From positions 1-33,014 of the IMG/VR virus record IMGVR_UViG_2713896896_000010: a stretch of 33,014 bases of DNA; one strand, 5' to 3'. Shown here in pieces: positions 16,726-26,156 of the stretch; positions within the stretch are counted from its first letter, which is position 1; the number at the start of each line of letters is the position of its first letter. The position numbers and the translations under genes are program-made. This stretch comes from a virus (Duplodnaviria > Heunggongvirae > Uroviricota > Caudoviricetes). The notes beneath the pieces were generated by a model. It had not been told where the DNA came from. It worked only from the letters and a program-made list of their open reading frames with translations, and did not search any database.

Positions 16726-17273
16726 GCGGCGGTAAACTGGATATTAAGATTGATTTAAGCGCGTATAACACCACACTGGGGAAACTGATTCGTTCCGTGA
16801 AGGACCGGCGCGACCTGATGACGGCGCTTGCGGGTTCCATGCTGGATGCGGTTGAGACTAACTTTGAACAACAGGGCCGTCCGAAATGGATGGGCTGGAG
16901 TCCCTCCTATGCGAAGCGACGCGGCCCCGGGCAAATCCTTCAGAAGTCCGGGCGACTGGCTGCCAGTATCCGCTCTGCGGTTAACAATAACGAGGCCACG
17001 GTCGGGACAAACGTCCGTTATGCCCGTATCCACAACGAAGGCGGCGAAATCCGCCATCAGGCACGGACGCAGAACCTGTATTTTAAACAGTACAAAAACG
17101 GCAGCGTCAGCACCCGCTTTGTGAAAAAGCGCAACAGTAATTTTGTACAGAGCGCAACGGTCGGAGCGTATACGGTCAACATGCCCGCGCGCCCCTTCCT
17201 TCAGCTTGTGCAGGACGACATCGACGAGCTGGAGAACACCGCAAACCGCTATTTTGCGCGTGTGATTGACTGA
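16722..17273 (+). CDS. Virion morphogenesis protein (Mu G-like)
   Basis: 183 aa with an ATGA overlap to the upstream gene. Position matches Mu G. Confidence 0.6.
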   Translation: MSGGKLDIKIDLSAYNTTLGKLIRSVKDRRDLMTALAGSMLDAVETNFEQQGRPKWMGWSPSYAKRRGPGQILQKSGRLAASIRSAVNNNEATVGTNVRYARIHNEGGEIRHQARTQNLYFKQYKNGSVSTRFVKKRNSNFVQSATVGAYTVNMPARPFLQLVQDDIDELENTANRYFARVID

Positions 17274-17355
17274 ATGACCAGAAACGCGCTGTAATCGCCT
17301 GTGACAACATAAACGCCTCACGGATGAGGCATTACAGCACCGCACCCCATAAATG

Positions 17356-17380
17356 CCGTCAGAATCGTTTTTAAAAGGGT
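17356..17380. promoter_or_regulatory. AT-rich dyad CGTTTTTAAAA-GGG-TTTTAAAAACG
   Basis: 11-bp perfect inverted repeat around a GGG centre, read directly. Lies in the gap between G-like and the protease/scaffold gene and is followed by a T-rich tract. Confidence 0.4.
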
Positions 17381-17426
17381 TTTAAAAACGGTTTTATTTC
17401 CCATTTTATCCTTTCGCGTTATGGCA

Positions 17427-17453
17427 GGGTGCTGAACACCCTCCACAGTACCC
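17427..17453 (+). promoter_or_regulatory. Conserved motif copy B (GGGTGCTGAACACCCTCCACAGTACCC)
   Basis: 23 of 27 identical to copy A. The first 15 nt from the GTG are identical to copy C. Overlaps the annotated GTG start of the protease/scaffold ORF. Confidence 0.35.
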
Positions 17454-18598
17454 CGTGTTCCCCTTCCGTCATCATGCCGCGTATGAAGATGAACATTGCG
17501 GCATTAAGCCTCGAAATCACCAAAGCAACCCACAGCGAAATCCAGCTGTTTCCGGCAGGCGAGTTCAGCGCGGTGGATGGTCGCCCACACACCGATGAAG
17601 TCGAAAGCGGTAAATGGGTGCTGACTGCCGGACTGGCCGCGCAGCTTGTCGCACAGGTGGCAGCCCGTACCACGCCTTTTGTCATTGATTACGAACATCA
17701 GACGCTGCGCGCCGTAAACAACGGCAAGCCCGCCCCGGCGGCGGGCTGGTTCAGCCAGGTGGAATGGCGTGAAGGTGCGGGCCTGTATGCCACCGGCGTG
17801 GAGTGGACGGAGAACGCGGCGGCCATGATTGCCGCCGGTGAGTACAAATTTATTTCCCCTGTTTTTGCCTACAACAAGCGCGGCGAAGTGCTGGAGCTGT
17901 TACACGCTGCGCTGACCAATACCCCGGCGCTGGATGGTATGGACGCGGTCATGCTGGCTGCGGCCAGCCGTCTGGCGAGTCTGTCAACTGAAACGGAGAC
18001 CACAACGGTGGATGAAGAACTGTTAAACGAATTGCTGTCCAGCCTGCGCTGGATGCTTAACCTCCCTGTCACCTCAACGGCGGAAGATATTAAAAGCGAG
18101 CTTCAGAAAGTCATTGACCAGATTTCAAAAGGTCAGGGAACGGCGGCGGCTTCTGTCAGCCTGCTGGCCCTGCTGAATCAGAAAGATGAGCAAATCGCCA
18201 GCCTGTCAGCCAGTGCCTATGACCCGGCAAAACATATTTCCCTTGCCGCATATGAAGAACTTCAGGGGCGTTATGCCGCACTGGCGCAACAGTCCGGTGA
18301 GGCCGAAGCCGGGGCACTGATTCAGGCGGCGCTGTCTGACGGGCGACTGCTTCCGGTACAGGAAGACTGGGCGAAAGATTACGCCAGCCGCGACATCAAC
18401 GGTTTTAAAACATGGCTGGAAAAAGCGCCGAACATTGCCGCACTCAGCCAGACCCAGACCGGCGGCAAAGCCCCCAAAACGCCGTCGCCTGCCCCGGCAC
18501 AGATTAAAACCGGCGATGACGTTGATGTCGATATCGCCATTTGTTCAATGATGGGCGTCGATCCAGAGGATGTCGCCCGTTACGCAGGAGATGAGTAA
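17429..18598 (+). CDS. Head protease/scaffold protein (Mu I-like)
   Basis: 389 aa from the GTG at 17429. In-frame ATGs at 17474 and 17483 are alternative starts, so the start is uncertain. Confidence 0.7.
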   Translation: MLNTLHSTPCSPSVIMPRMKMNIAALSLEITKATHSEIQLFPAGEFSAVDGRPHTDEVESGKWVLTAGLAAQLVAQVAARTTPFVIDYEHQTLRAVNNGKPAPAAGWFSQVEWREGAGLYATGVEWTENAAAMIAAGEYKFISPVFAYNKRGEVLELLHAALTNTPALDGMDAVMLAAASRLASLSTETETTTVDEELLNELLSSLRWMLNLPVTSTAEDIKSELQKVIDQISKGQGTAAASVSLLALLNQKDEQIASLSASAYDPAKHISLAAYEELQGRYAALAQQSGEAEAGALIQAALSDGRLLPVQEDWAKDYASRDINGFKTWLEKAPNIAALSQTQTGGKAPKTPSPAPAQIKTGDDVDVDIAICSMMGVDPEDVARYAGDE

Positions 18599-18994
18599 AT
18601 GGATCGCAATACCCCCTATCGTGACGGCGAACTGAACCCGGTGCCGGTTGCCGCTGCGACCGAAATTTTTGGCGGTCATATGGTGGCCGTTAACGCATCC
18701 GGTTATGCCGTTCCGGCCAGTGCCACGGCCTCACAGATTACGCTGGGCGTGTCTGATGGCTGGGTGGATAACAGCAAGGGCAGCGATGGCGACGCCACCG
18801 TTCTGGTGCGTTGCGGCAAAGCCTTTCTGATGGCGAACAGCACCTCAGACCCGGTCACGCAATCGCAGGTCGGCAAGCTGTGCTACGTGGAAGACAGCGT
18901 GACCGTGGCAAAAACCGACAACAGCAGCGCCCGTCCTGTCGCCGGGAAAGTGATCGGCATCGGTGGCGATGGCGTCTGGGTTCATTTCAGTTAA
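18599..18994 (+). CDS. Hypothetical head-associated protein
   Basis: 131 aa, between the protease/scaffold and major capsid genes. TAAATG overlap with the upstream gene. Confidence 0.5.
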   Translation: MDRNTPYRDGELNPVPVAAATEIFGGHMVAVNASGYAVPASATASQITLGVSDGWVDNSKGSDGDATVLVRCGKAFLMANSTSDPVTQSQVGKLCYVEDSVTVAKTDNSSARPVAGKVIGIGGDGVWVHFS

Positions 18995-19004
18995 GGAGCG
19001 AAAC

Positions 19005-19913
19005 GTGTTAGTCAACGTTAAAAACGTCAAACAGATTTTTATCAATCTGAAGGCCACTTTCCAGAAAGCCTTCGACCAGTCACCAACTGACTGGCAGAAG
19101 GTGGCAATGGAAGTGCCATCAAACGGCAGGGAAAACGACTACAGCTGGTTAAATCGTTTCCCGAAAATGCGCGAGTGGATTGGTGACAAGGTCGTTAAAT
19201 CACTGGCGGCATTTAACTACACCATCCGTAACAAGGACTGGGAAGCCACGGTTGAAGTCGATCGTAACGACATCGAGGACGACCAGATTATGGGCTATGC
19301 CCTTCAGGCAAAAGGAGCCGGACAGTCGGCGGCAGAGCTACCGGCAGATATTGTGGCATCCCTTATCAGTAACGGTTTTACCAACCTCTGTTACGACGGA
19401 CAGCCGTTCTTTGATACCGACCACCTGGTCGCCGGTAAATCGGTGTCGAACAAGAGCACCAAAAAACTCAAAGTGGGGTCGCTTGCTGAAGCGAAAGCCT
19501 CCTACGGTGCTGCCCGTACTGCCATGCGCAGCCTGAAAGATGACGAAGGCGCATCCCTCAAAATTCGCCCGGATCTGCTGGTTGTGCCACCGGCGCTGGA
19601 AGATGACGCGAACTACCTGATGACCGCCGAGAAGTTCCCGGACGGCACGCCGAACCCATACCGCGGTACTGCCGACGTGCTGGTGATGCCGGAGCTGGCG
19701 TCGGATTCCGCATGGTTCCTGTTTGACACCACTAAACCGGTGAAACCGCTGATTTTCCAGCAGCGCAAGAAACCGGTCTTTGTGGAGCAGACGGACTACA
19801 GCAGCGACAACGTGTTCAAGCGTAAGAAATTCCTGTTTGGTGCCGAAGCGCGCTGTAACGGCGGTTACGGCTTCTGGCAGATGGCATTTGGTTCAGATGG
19901 TACGACGGAGTAA
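19005..19913 (+). CDS. Major capsid protein (Mu T-like)
   Basis: GTG at 19005 preceded by AAGGAG at 7 nt. This is an internal start of track ORF 18963..19913. Confidence 0.7.
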   Translation: MLVNVKNVKQIFINLKATFQKAFDQSPTDWQKVAMEVPSNGRENDYSWLNRFPKMREWIGDKVVKSLAAFNYTIRNKDWEATVEVDRNDIEDDQIMGYALQAKGAGQSAAELPADIVASLISNGFTNLCYDGQPFFDTDHLVAGKSVSNKSTKKLKVGSLAEAKASYGAARTAMRSLKDDEGASLKIRPDLLVVPPALEDDANYLMTAEKFPDGTPNPYRGTADVLVMPELASDSAWFLFDTTKPVKPLIFQQRKKPVFVEQTDYSSDNVFKRKKFLFGAEARCNGGYGFWQMAFGSDGTTE

Positions 19914-19916
19914 TGC

Positions 19917-20258
19917 ATGGAAAAAGTGATTGAAATTACCGCCCGCCGTGAGGGGTTTCGCCGCTGCGGTGTGGCACACAGCGCAACCACGAAGGCATGG
20001 CCTATGGATGCGTTCACCCCGGAACAGCTGGCGGTGCTGAAGGCTGACCCCATGCTGATTGTGGTGGAACGTGATAAAGCGTCCGGCCAGAACGACGCGG
20101 CCCGGGGTAATGAGCTGGCCGCACAGCTGGATGCCGAACGCCAGAAAGTCAGCGGCCTGACGGCACAACTGGAAGAAGAACGCCAGAAAGTCAGTGAACT
20201 GACCGCACAACTGAACGCCGCACAGAAAACACAAAAAGCTGACAAAAAGGAGAAGTAA
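19917..20258 (+). CDS. Hypothetical coiled-coil protein with an internal tandem repeat
   Basis: 113 aa. A 14-aa unit ERQKVSxLTAQLxx occurs twice, encoded by 42-bp tandem repeats at about 20136..20215. Confidence 0.5.
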   Translation: MEKVIEITARREGFRRCGVAHSATTKAWPMDAFTPEQLAVLKADPMLIVVERDKASGQNDAARGNELAAQLDAERQKVSGLTAQLEEERQKVSELTAQLNAAQKTQKADKKEK

Positions 20259-20261
20259 CCC

Positions 20262-20693
20262 ATGTCTTACGCCACACCGGAACAGTTCATCAGGGCGTTC
20301 AGTGAGCGCGAGGCGCGCACACTGACGGATGAAGACATGACGGGATTCATCGACGAAGAAAAACTGGCCTCCGCGCTTGCGCGTGCCAGTGCCCAGATTG
20401 ATGGCTATCTGGTGGGGCTTTACCGGACCCCGTGGCCTGACAGCCCGGGGATTCTGGTGGGTTACTGCTGCGATATCGCCCGCTATCACCTGGCGACCGA
20501 TTACCGTATCAGCTCAGAAGAAATTCAGATGCGCTACCGGGACGCCATCCGCTTTCTGGAGAAAGTCGCGGCAGGACAAATCAACCTCGGACGGGATACG
20601 TCCGGCAGCGTGATCCAGTCATCGTCACAGGTGCGTATCCGTTCCGGCTCCCGTCAGTTCGGGCGGGAGTCCACGCGGGGAGGTGCATTCTGA
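20262..20693 (+). CDS. Head-tail connector-like protein (Mu gp36/DUF1320-like)
   Basis: 143 aa. Position and size match Mu gp36. Memory-based. Confidence 0.55.
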   Translation: MSYATPEQFIRAFSEREARTLTDEDMTGFIDEEKLASALARASAQIDGYLVGLYRTPWPDSPGILVGYCCDIARYHLATDYRISSEEIQMRYRDAIRFLEKVAAGQINLGRDTSGSVIQSSSQVRIRSGSRQFGRESTRGGAF

Positions 20694-20746
20694 TTACTGA
20701 AATTGAACGGGCGCTGGTTGAGCGTCTGCGTTGTGGTCTGGGTGAA

Positions 20747-21328
20747 ATGGTGCGGGAAGTCCGCACCTATGCCGGTGAACTGGATGAAGATCCGGGCCGG
20801 ATTGTTCGCAGCCTTCCGGCAGCCTGGGTGACGTTCGGCGGCATCGTGAAAACCGAACGCTATTCCACGTCACGCCGGAAATACATTGCCACCGGACGCT
20901 TTGTGGTTGTGGTGGGTGATTACAACACCCGCAGCGAACAGAGCGCCAGACAGGGAGGCACGGTCCGGGATGAGGTCGGTACAAACCTGCTGGTTGAATC
21001 CGTCCGCCGCCTGCTGACTGGTCAGGATTTGGGGCTGGAGATTGATTATTTCGAACCCGGGCGGGTCAGGACGCTGTTTAACACCGGCGTGTCAGAGCGG
21101 GCAATGTCCGTGTTTGCCTGTGAGTTCGATACCCGCTGGGTGGAGCACGCACAGGAGAACGGCAAATGGCCGGAGCGCGGCGCAGAAGCGGACCGTCTCT
21201 TCAACCACTACCACGGCAGGCTGTCAGACCCTGACCCGGATTTACTGCGAATTGGTACGCAATACGGCGCAGATATCTGTGGTCTGGATGAATTAAGAGA
21301 GCAACAGCATGAACAAAATGAAGGTTAA
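20747..21328 (+). CDS. Mu gp37/DUF1834-like protein
   Basis: 193 aa, coordinates from the track. My manual base counting near 20746..20821 disagreed with the track by one base, which I attribute to my reading error; I defer to the track. Confidence 0.55.
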   Translation: MVREVRTYAGELDEDPGRIVRSLPAAWVTFGGIVKTERYSTSRRKYIATGRFVVVVGDYNTRSEQSARQGGTVRDEVGTNLLVESVRRLLTGQDLGLEIDYFEPGRVRTLFNTGVSERAMSVFACEFDTRWVEHAQENGKWPERGAEADRLFNHYHGRLSDPDPDLLRIGTQYGADICGLDELREQQHEQNEG

Positions 21329-21542
21329 GGCGGCTCCCGGGATGAAGTTCCCGATGGAGGATAACGCCCGAAAATACATCACCACGGAAGCGGTGACCGT
21401 TGAGAACACCGCTTATTACCGGCGCGCCGTTCAGGACGGTGACCTGATTCTGGTGGCTGAAGAGCCTGAAACGGCTGAACAGGACACCGGCCCGGAAAAA
21501 ACGAAGGCGAAGAAAGAGAAACAGGTGGGTTCCAATGAGTGA
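21309..21542 (+). CDS. Hypothetical small protein
   Basis: 77-aa ORF overlapping both neighbours, just upstream of the tail sheath gene. Confidence 0.45.
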   Translation: MNKMKVKAAPGMKFPMEDNARKYITTEAVTVENTAYYRRAVQDGDLILVAEEPETAEQDTGPEKTKAKKEKQVGSNE

Positions 21543-22956
21543 AATTCAGTTTGACACCATTTCGGGCAGTATCCGTAAGCCCGGTGTGCATTTTGAGTTT
21601 AATACCCGGCTGGCCGTTAACACGTTGCCGGGTAACGAACAGCGTGTTCTGGTGATTGGCCCGATGCTGCCTGATGGCACCGCCACACCCCTGAATGCGG
21701 TTTCCGTGTATTCCGAAGACGAAGCGGATTTGTATTTCGGGGCCGGTTCACTGGCTGCAGCAATGGCGCGCGCGGCCATTAACGCCAACAGCTATCTGCA
21801 ACTGGATGTTATCGGTATTGCAGACGGTGGTGCAGGAAAAGCGGCAACAGGCGCAGTTAAAGTCACCGGCACTGCAACCAGCAGCGGTACGCTGTCGGTA
21901 TGGATTGCTGGCGAGCAGATCGCCATTAATGTGGACGTCGGGGATGAACCGTCGAAAATCATTCCGGCACTGGTGACGGCAATGACGCAGACGCCATCGC
22001 TTCTGGTTACGGGGGAATACAAATCTGACACCTCTCAACTGACAGTGACCGCCCGGACCAAAGGTACCTGGGGGAATGATATCTCCCTGTCGGTATCCAC
22101 CACTGCAACCGGCCTTGTAGTGGCTACCACGCCGATGGCGAGCGGCGAAATGGACCCGGATATTCAGCCCGCACTGGATGCGGTCTTTGCTGCCGGTCAC
22201 AACATTCTGATTTGTCCGTTCAGTACCGCGCCAGCCCTTGCGGCCCTGAAGCAGCATCTGGAGAAAACCGGGAACGCGATGGAACAGCGCGGCGCGATTG
22301 GCTGTGCGGGCTGGACGGGCAGTCTCGGAAACGGGATCACCCTGGCAGCCGGTGTAAACAGCGGGCGCGTGTCCGTCCCCTGGTATCGCGGCTCCGTGAA
22401 GCTGCCAGCTGTGCTGGCTGCCATCTACGGCGCAGTGATGGCGAGCGAGGAAGACCCGGCACGTCCGCTGAACTCGCTGGCGCTGTCCGGGCTGGATGTG
22501 GTCGCCATGTCACAGCGTGAAAGCCGTAACGAGCAGGAAAACGCCCTGCATAACGGCCTGACACCGGTTGAGGTTGGCCCGGGTAATACGGTGCAGATTG
22601 TGCGTGCGGTCAGTACGTACACGGTTAACGCACAGGGCGTGACTGATGTCTCGTTACTGGATATCACGTCCATCAGAACGCTGGACTACACCCGCAAGGC
22701 GTGCCGTGAACGCATCAGCCTTCGCTTCCCGCGCGAAAAACTCAGCACCCGAACCATCGCAAAAGTGGAAAGCGAACTGTATGACGTGCTGATCAAGCTG
22801 GAGGAAGCGGAAATTCTGGAGAACGTGGAAGCGAACAAGGCAAAGCTGCGCGTTCAGCGAAACGGGAAAGATGCAAACCGTCTCGACTGCGCGGTTCCGG
22901 CGGATGTGGTTAACGGTCTGCATGTGTTTGCCGGTCGCATCGACATGATTTTGTAA
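21535..22956 (+). CDS. Tail sheath protein (Mu L-like)
   Basis: 473 aa, followed by the tube gene. Typical contractile-tail order. Confidence 0.8.
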   Translation: MSEIQFDTISGSIRKPGVHFEFNTRLAVNTLPGNEQRVLVIGPMLPDGTATPLNAVSVYSEDEADLYFGAGSLAAAMARAAINANSYLQLDVIGIADGGAGKAATGAVKVTGTATSSGTLSVWIAGEQIAINVDVGDEPSKIIPALVTAMTQTPSLLVTGEYKSDTSQLTVTARTKGTWGNDISLSVSTTATGLVVATTPMASGEMDPDIQPALDAVFAAGHNILICPFSTAPALAALKQHLEKTGNAMEQRGAIGCAGWTGSLGNGITLAAGVNSGRVSVPWYRGSVKLPAVLAAIYGAVMASEEDPARPLNSLALSGLDVVAMSQRESRNEQENALHNGLTPVEVGPGNTVQIVRAVSTYTVNAQGVTDVSLLDITSIRTLDYTRKACRERISLRFPREKLSTRTIAKVESELYDVLIKLEEAEILENVEANKAKLRVQRNGKDANRLDCAVPADVVNGLHVFAGRIDMIL

Positions 22957-22968
22957 GGAGCCTGATAA

Positions 22969-23343
22969 ATGTCTCTGCATGAATACATTGGCTCGATTGT
23001 GCTGGAGGTGGACAGCCAGGAAATCGAGATCACCGACCTTGATGTTCAGATCAACACTGGGCGCAAACTGGTCAAGACCATGAACAAAACCGGCAGGGCC
23101 AAAGGCTTTGCCCGGGGCATTGGCACCTACGAACTGTCCGTTTCGGCGGTGATCCCTGATACCAACGAGCCGGACTGGGAAAACCTTGAAGGTGTGAAAA
23201 TCTCGCTGTACCCGCTCAGTAAAAGCGGCAAACGCACCTCCTATCTGGACTGCTTCACAATCGAAGTGGGTGAAAAATACACCGTCGATAATGAAGCAAA
23301 AATTGATATCAAACTGGCTGCACTCAGGAAGGTGACAGGATGA
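22969..23343 (+). CDS. Tail tube protein (Mu M-like)
   Basis: 124 aa, directly downstream of the sheath gene. Confidence 0.7.
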   Translation: MSLHEYIGSIVLEVDSQEIEITDLDVQINTGRKLVKTMNKTGRAKGFARGIGTYELSVSAVIPDTNEPDWENLEGVKISLYPLSKSGKRTSYLDCFTIEVGEKYTVDNEAKIDIKLAALRKVTG

Positions 23344-23741
23344 CTTTGATTAATACACAGACCGGCGAACTGTCTGATGGCGTGGTGTTTAACGGCACCG
23401 TTCATAAAAGCTTTGAACTGCGTCTCCCGGTCATGCGTGATAACGGGCAGGCACTGGAAGAAACCGAAGAACGCTTTCAGACGGTGGATGGCTTCGCGGC
23501 GGATTATTACTACCGCTGTGCGGTGATGGCGGCAACGCTGGTCCGCCTGGGGGATATCCCGCAGGAAGAACTGACGGCGGAGCTGTTGCACGACAACATG
23601 ACGCTGGAAGATTTTAATGTTCTGATGGCAGCACGCGACATCCTGAAGGTAAAGCGGAACGGCGGGAATCCCGGCTCGCCGGACTCCGGTTCGCAGTCCT
23701 TATCCTCGGGCGCTACGGAATCACCGAAGAACAAATCATGA
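23340..23741 (+). CDS. Tail assembly chaperone (Mu gp41-like)
   Basis: 133 aa, between the tube and tape measure genes. The -1 frame stays open from 23618 to 23895. Confidence 0.6.
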   Translation: MTLINTQTGELSDGVVFNGTVHKSFELRLPVMRDNGQALEETEERFQTVDGFAADYYYRCAVMAATLVRLGDIPQEELTAELLHDNMTLEDFNVLMAARDILKVKRNGGNPGSPDSGSQSLSSGATESPKNKS

Positions 23742-23885
23742 CCATGAGCCGTCCCGAGCTGGACGGCTGGCTCGCCGCCGTTGACAGGCTGAACGGTGGC
23801 GGCTCAGGAAGAAAGGACACCTCACAGACCACCCGCCAGTCATTTAAATCCCTCAGAAAGAAACGCAGAAAAGGTAAGCAGAAAA

Positions 23886-26156
23886 ATGGCCGGTAATTTC
23901 AAAGTTGGCATGACCCTGACAGCGAAGGACGAAGCCTCGCAGGTTCTGGAAAAGGGACAAAAACAGGTTATCAAAGCCACCGAAGGTGTAACAAAGGCAA
24001 CACGGAAGGCAGGCGCAGAGCAGAAGCGTACCGAGCAGGAAAGCGTTAACAGCACGAAAAAGGCCGCAAAAGAGATACAGCGTGCCGCCCGTGCCCGGGA
24101 AACGCTCGGTATTCGTGCAGAACGCGAGATCCGGCGTGAAATTTATCTGACGGTCGCCAGCTATAACCGTCTGGCCCGTGCCGGTTTTGAATCTGCGCAG
24201 GAGCAGGAGCGCGCCATGCAGGCAACCCGGGAAAAAGCCCGGGCACTCAAGCGGGAACTGGATGGCGTTACTCAGGCACAGATGAAGATGGCGAAAACGC
24301 CTGTTATCCCCGAGCGGGGGCGTTTTGCACGTGCGGCTGCATTTGGCGGGAACGCCGTGACAATAGGCGGTGGTATCGCAGCAGGTGCTGCCATTATGGC
24401 GCAGCCGGTCAAAAAGCAGATGAGCTACGAACGCCAGCTGGCAATGATGGCCAATACCGCCTTCAGTGATGGTGGGCTGGAGGGGCGCAGGGCTGGTCTT
24501 GAGCAGATGAAAAGCAGTATCCGTAACGCGGTAACCTATGGTGGTGGCACGAAAGAGGATGCGGCTGAAACGCTGGATGCCCTGCTGAAAGACGGCATTT
24601 CATTTGAAACAGCCAGTAAGTGGCTGCCTGAACTGATGAAATACGCCACGGCTTCTGGTGCATCTGCAACAGACCTGGCCAACGTAATGGTCAAGGGTAA
24701 AAAGACCTTTGGATTCAGGGATGAAGATATTTCCACCGTTCTGAATATGGCGATTGCGGCGGGGAAAGAAGGCAGCTTTGAACTGAACGATATGGCGCAA
24801 TATTTATCGTCACAACTTGGGGCTGCTGCCAATGCCGGGATGAAAGGCAAGGATGATTTCGTCAAGATTCTGGCGCTGAATGAAGCCGCAGCGATTACAG
24901 CTGGTAACAGCAGCGAAGCCGGAAATAACGTATTTAACCTGCTGGCAAAACTGACCAGTAAGGATATTGAAACAGCAGCTGCGGGAATAAATTACAACGG
25001 TAAGGGCATCGACTTTGCAGGAACGTTGGTAGAAGCGCGCAAGAACGGGCTTGATCCGATAGACGCGCTGTCCAGCCTGATAGACAAAATCGTTGCCAGC
25101 GATAAACGCTATCAGGAGCTGCAAAAGAAACTGGCATCCGCCCGGGACAAAGGCGAGCAGACGGCTGTTTATGATTCGATGGTAAAACTCCTTGAAGGTT
25201 TTGGTGTCGGGAAACTGGTTGCAGACCAACAGGCGTTAAAGGCGTTGCTGGCTTATCGTAACAACCCGGAATACCGGAAAAAGGTTGAAGATGCGATTAA
25301 TCAGCAGCGCACCCTGCCGGAAGGTCAGCGCGCGGGTGATGTGGATTTCGAATTCACGTCAGGCACGAATGATTTTAAAACCGAACAGGCTAAAAACACG
25401 CTTGAATTTTCACAAATGGACAGCGTGAAAAAGCTGGCTGATGCGTCCGGTACTGTGGCTGATGCCATAAGCTGGGCGGGTGAAAAGTTCCCGGGACTGA
25501 CCACGGCAGTGGTGGGGGCCACGACCGCCATTGAAGCGATGACCGCAGCGGCTCTGACATGGGCCGGGATCAAAATCCTGACCGGGGGGAAACCCGGTGG
25601 CAAGGCCGGCGAGGTTGTCGGTGATGTAATTGAAAATACGGTCAAAAAAGGCAAAGGATTTAAATTCCCCGGCATTGCCGGTAGCCTGCTTTCTTTCGGT
25701 GGCTCCGTTACGGCACTGGCCACCGCAACCAGCCCGGAAGAAGACGCCGCCGTCGAAGGCAGCGAAGAACGCTGGAAACGCATCCGTGCCCGATACCCCC
25801 AGGAAATCATCGACGCCGCCCGCAAAAAATACCAGCCGTGGTGGCAGTTTGGGGAAGGCTATTCCACCGAAAACGAAGAGTGGTTGAGGCGCTGGGAGGA
25901 AGACAGGAAAAAAGCGGCAGCTGATGCCCTGCCATCACCAGAGCAGGTTAACAAATCCGCAGGAAACACAACGCCTGAACCGGTATCAACGCAACCCGGA
26001 CGCATCACCCAGCCGGAATACCTCACGCACTGGGGACCACCTGCCAGCCCCATTAATTTCACCACACAACTGGTGCTCGATGGTCAGGTCGTGGCGGAAG
26101 CGGTGAACAAATACAACCTTCAGGACGGTAACAGAGGCACGGGAGGAACTTACTGA
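23886..26156 (+). CDS. Tail tape measure protein
   Basis: Long, Ala/Gly-rich, helical ORF after the chaperone. ATG at 23886 preferred over the track start, which is a GTG at 23796. Confidence 0.75.
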   Translation: MAGNFKVGMTLTAKDEASQVLEKGQKQVIKATEGVTKATRKAGAEQKRTEQESVNSTKKAAKEIQRAARARETLGIRAEREIRREIYLTVASYNRLARAGFESAQEQERAMQATREKARALKRELDGVTQAQMKMAKTPVIPERGRFARAAAFGGNAVTIGGGIAAGAAIMAQPVKKQMSYERQLAMMANTAFSDGGLEGRRAGLEQMKSSIRNAVTYGGGTKEDAAETLDALLKDGISFETASKWLPELMKYATASGASATDLANVMVKGKKTFGFRDEDISTVLNMAIAAGKEGSFELNDMAQYLSSQLGAAANAGMKGKDDFVKILALNEAAAITAGNSSEAGNNVFNLLAKLTSKDIETAAAGINYNGKGIDFAGTLVEARKNGLDPIDALSSLIDKIVASDKRYQELQKKLASARDKGEQTAVYDSMVKLLEGFGVGKLVADQQALKALLAYRNNPEYRKKVEDAINQQRTLPEGQRAGDVDFEFTSGTNDFKTEQAKNTLEFSQMDSVKKLADASGTVADAISWAGEKFPGLTTAVVGATTAIEAMTAAALTWAGIKILTGGKPGGKAGEVVGDVIENTVKKGKGFKFPGIAGSLLSFGGSVTALATATSPEEDAAVEGSEERWKRIRARYPQEIIDAARKKYQPWWQFGEGYSTENEEWLRRWEEDRKKAAADALPSPEQVNKSAGNTTPEPVSTQPGRITQPEYLTHWGPPASPINFTTQLVLDGQVVAEAVNKYNLQDGNRGTGGTY

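Noticed and set aside
23618-23741. Canonical XXXYYYZ slippery heptamer for the chaperone frameshift
   Set aside because: None was found when I read the zero-frame codons through this interval. The frameshift is proposed from frame topology only.
23796-23885. GTG start for the tape measure protein as given in the ORF track
   Set aside because: The ATG at 23886 coincides with the end of the chaperone -1 extension frame, the usual arrangement. The upstream 30 codons are more likely read in the other frame.
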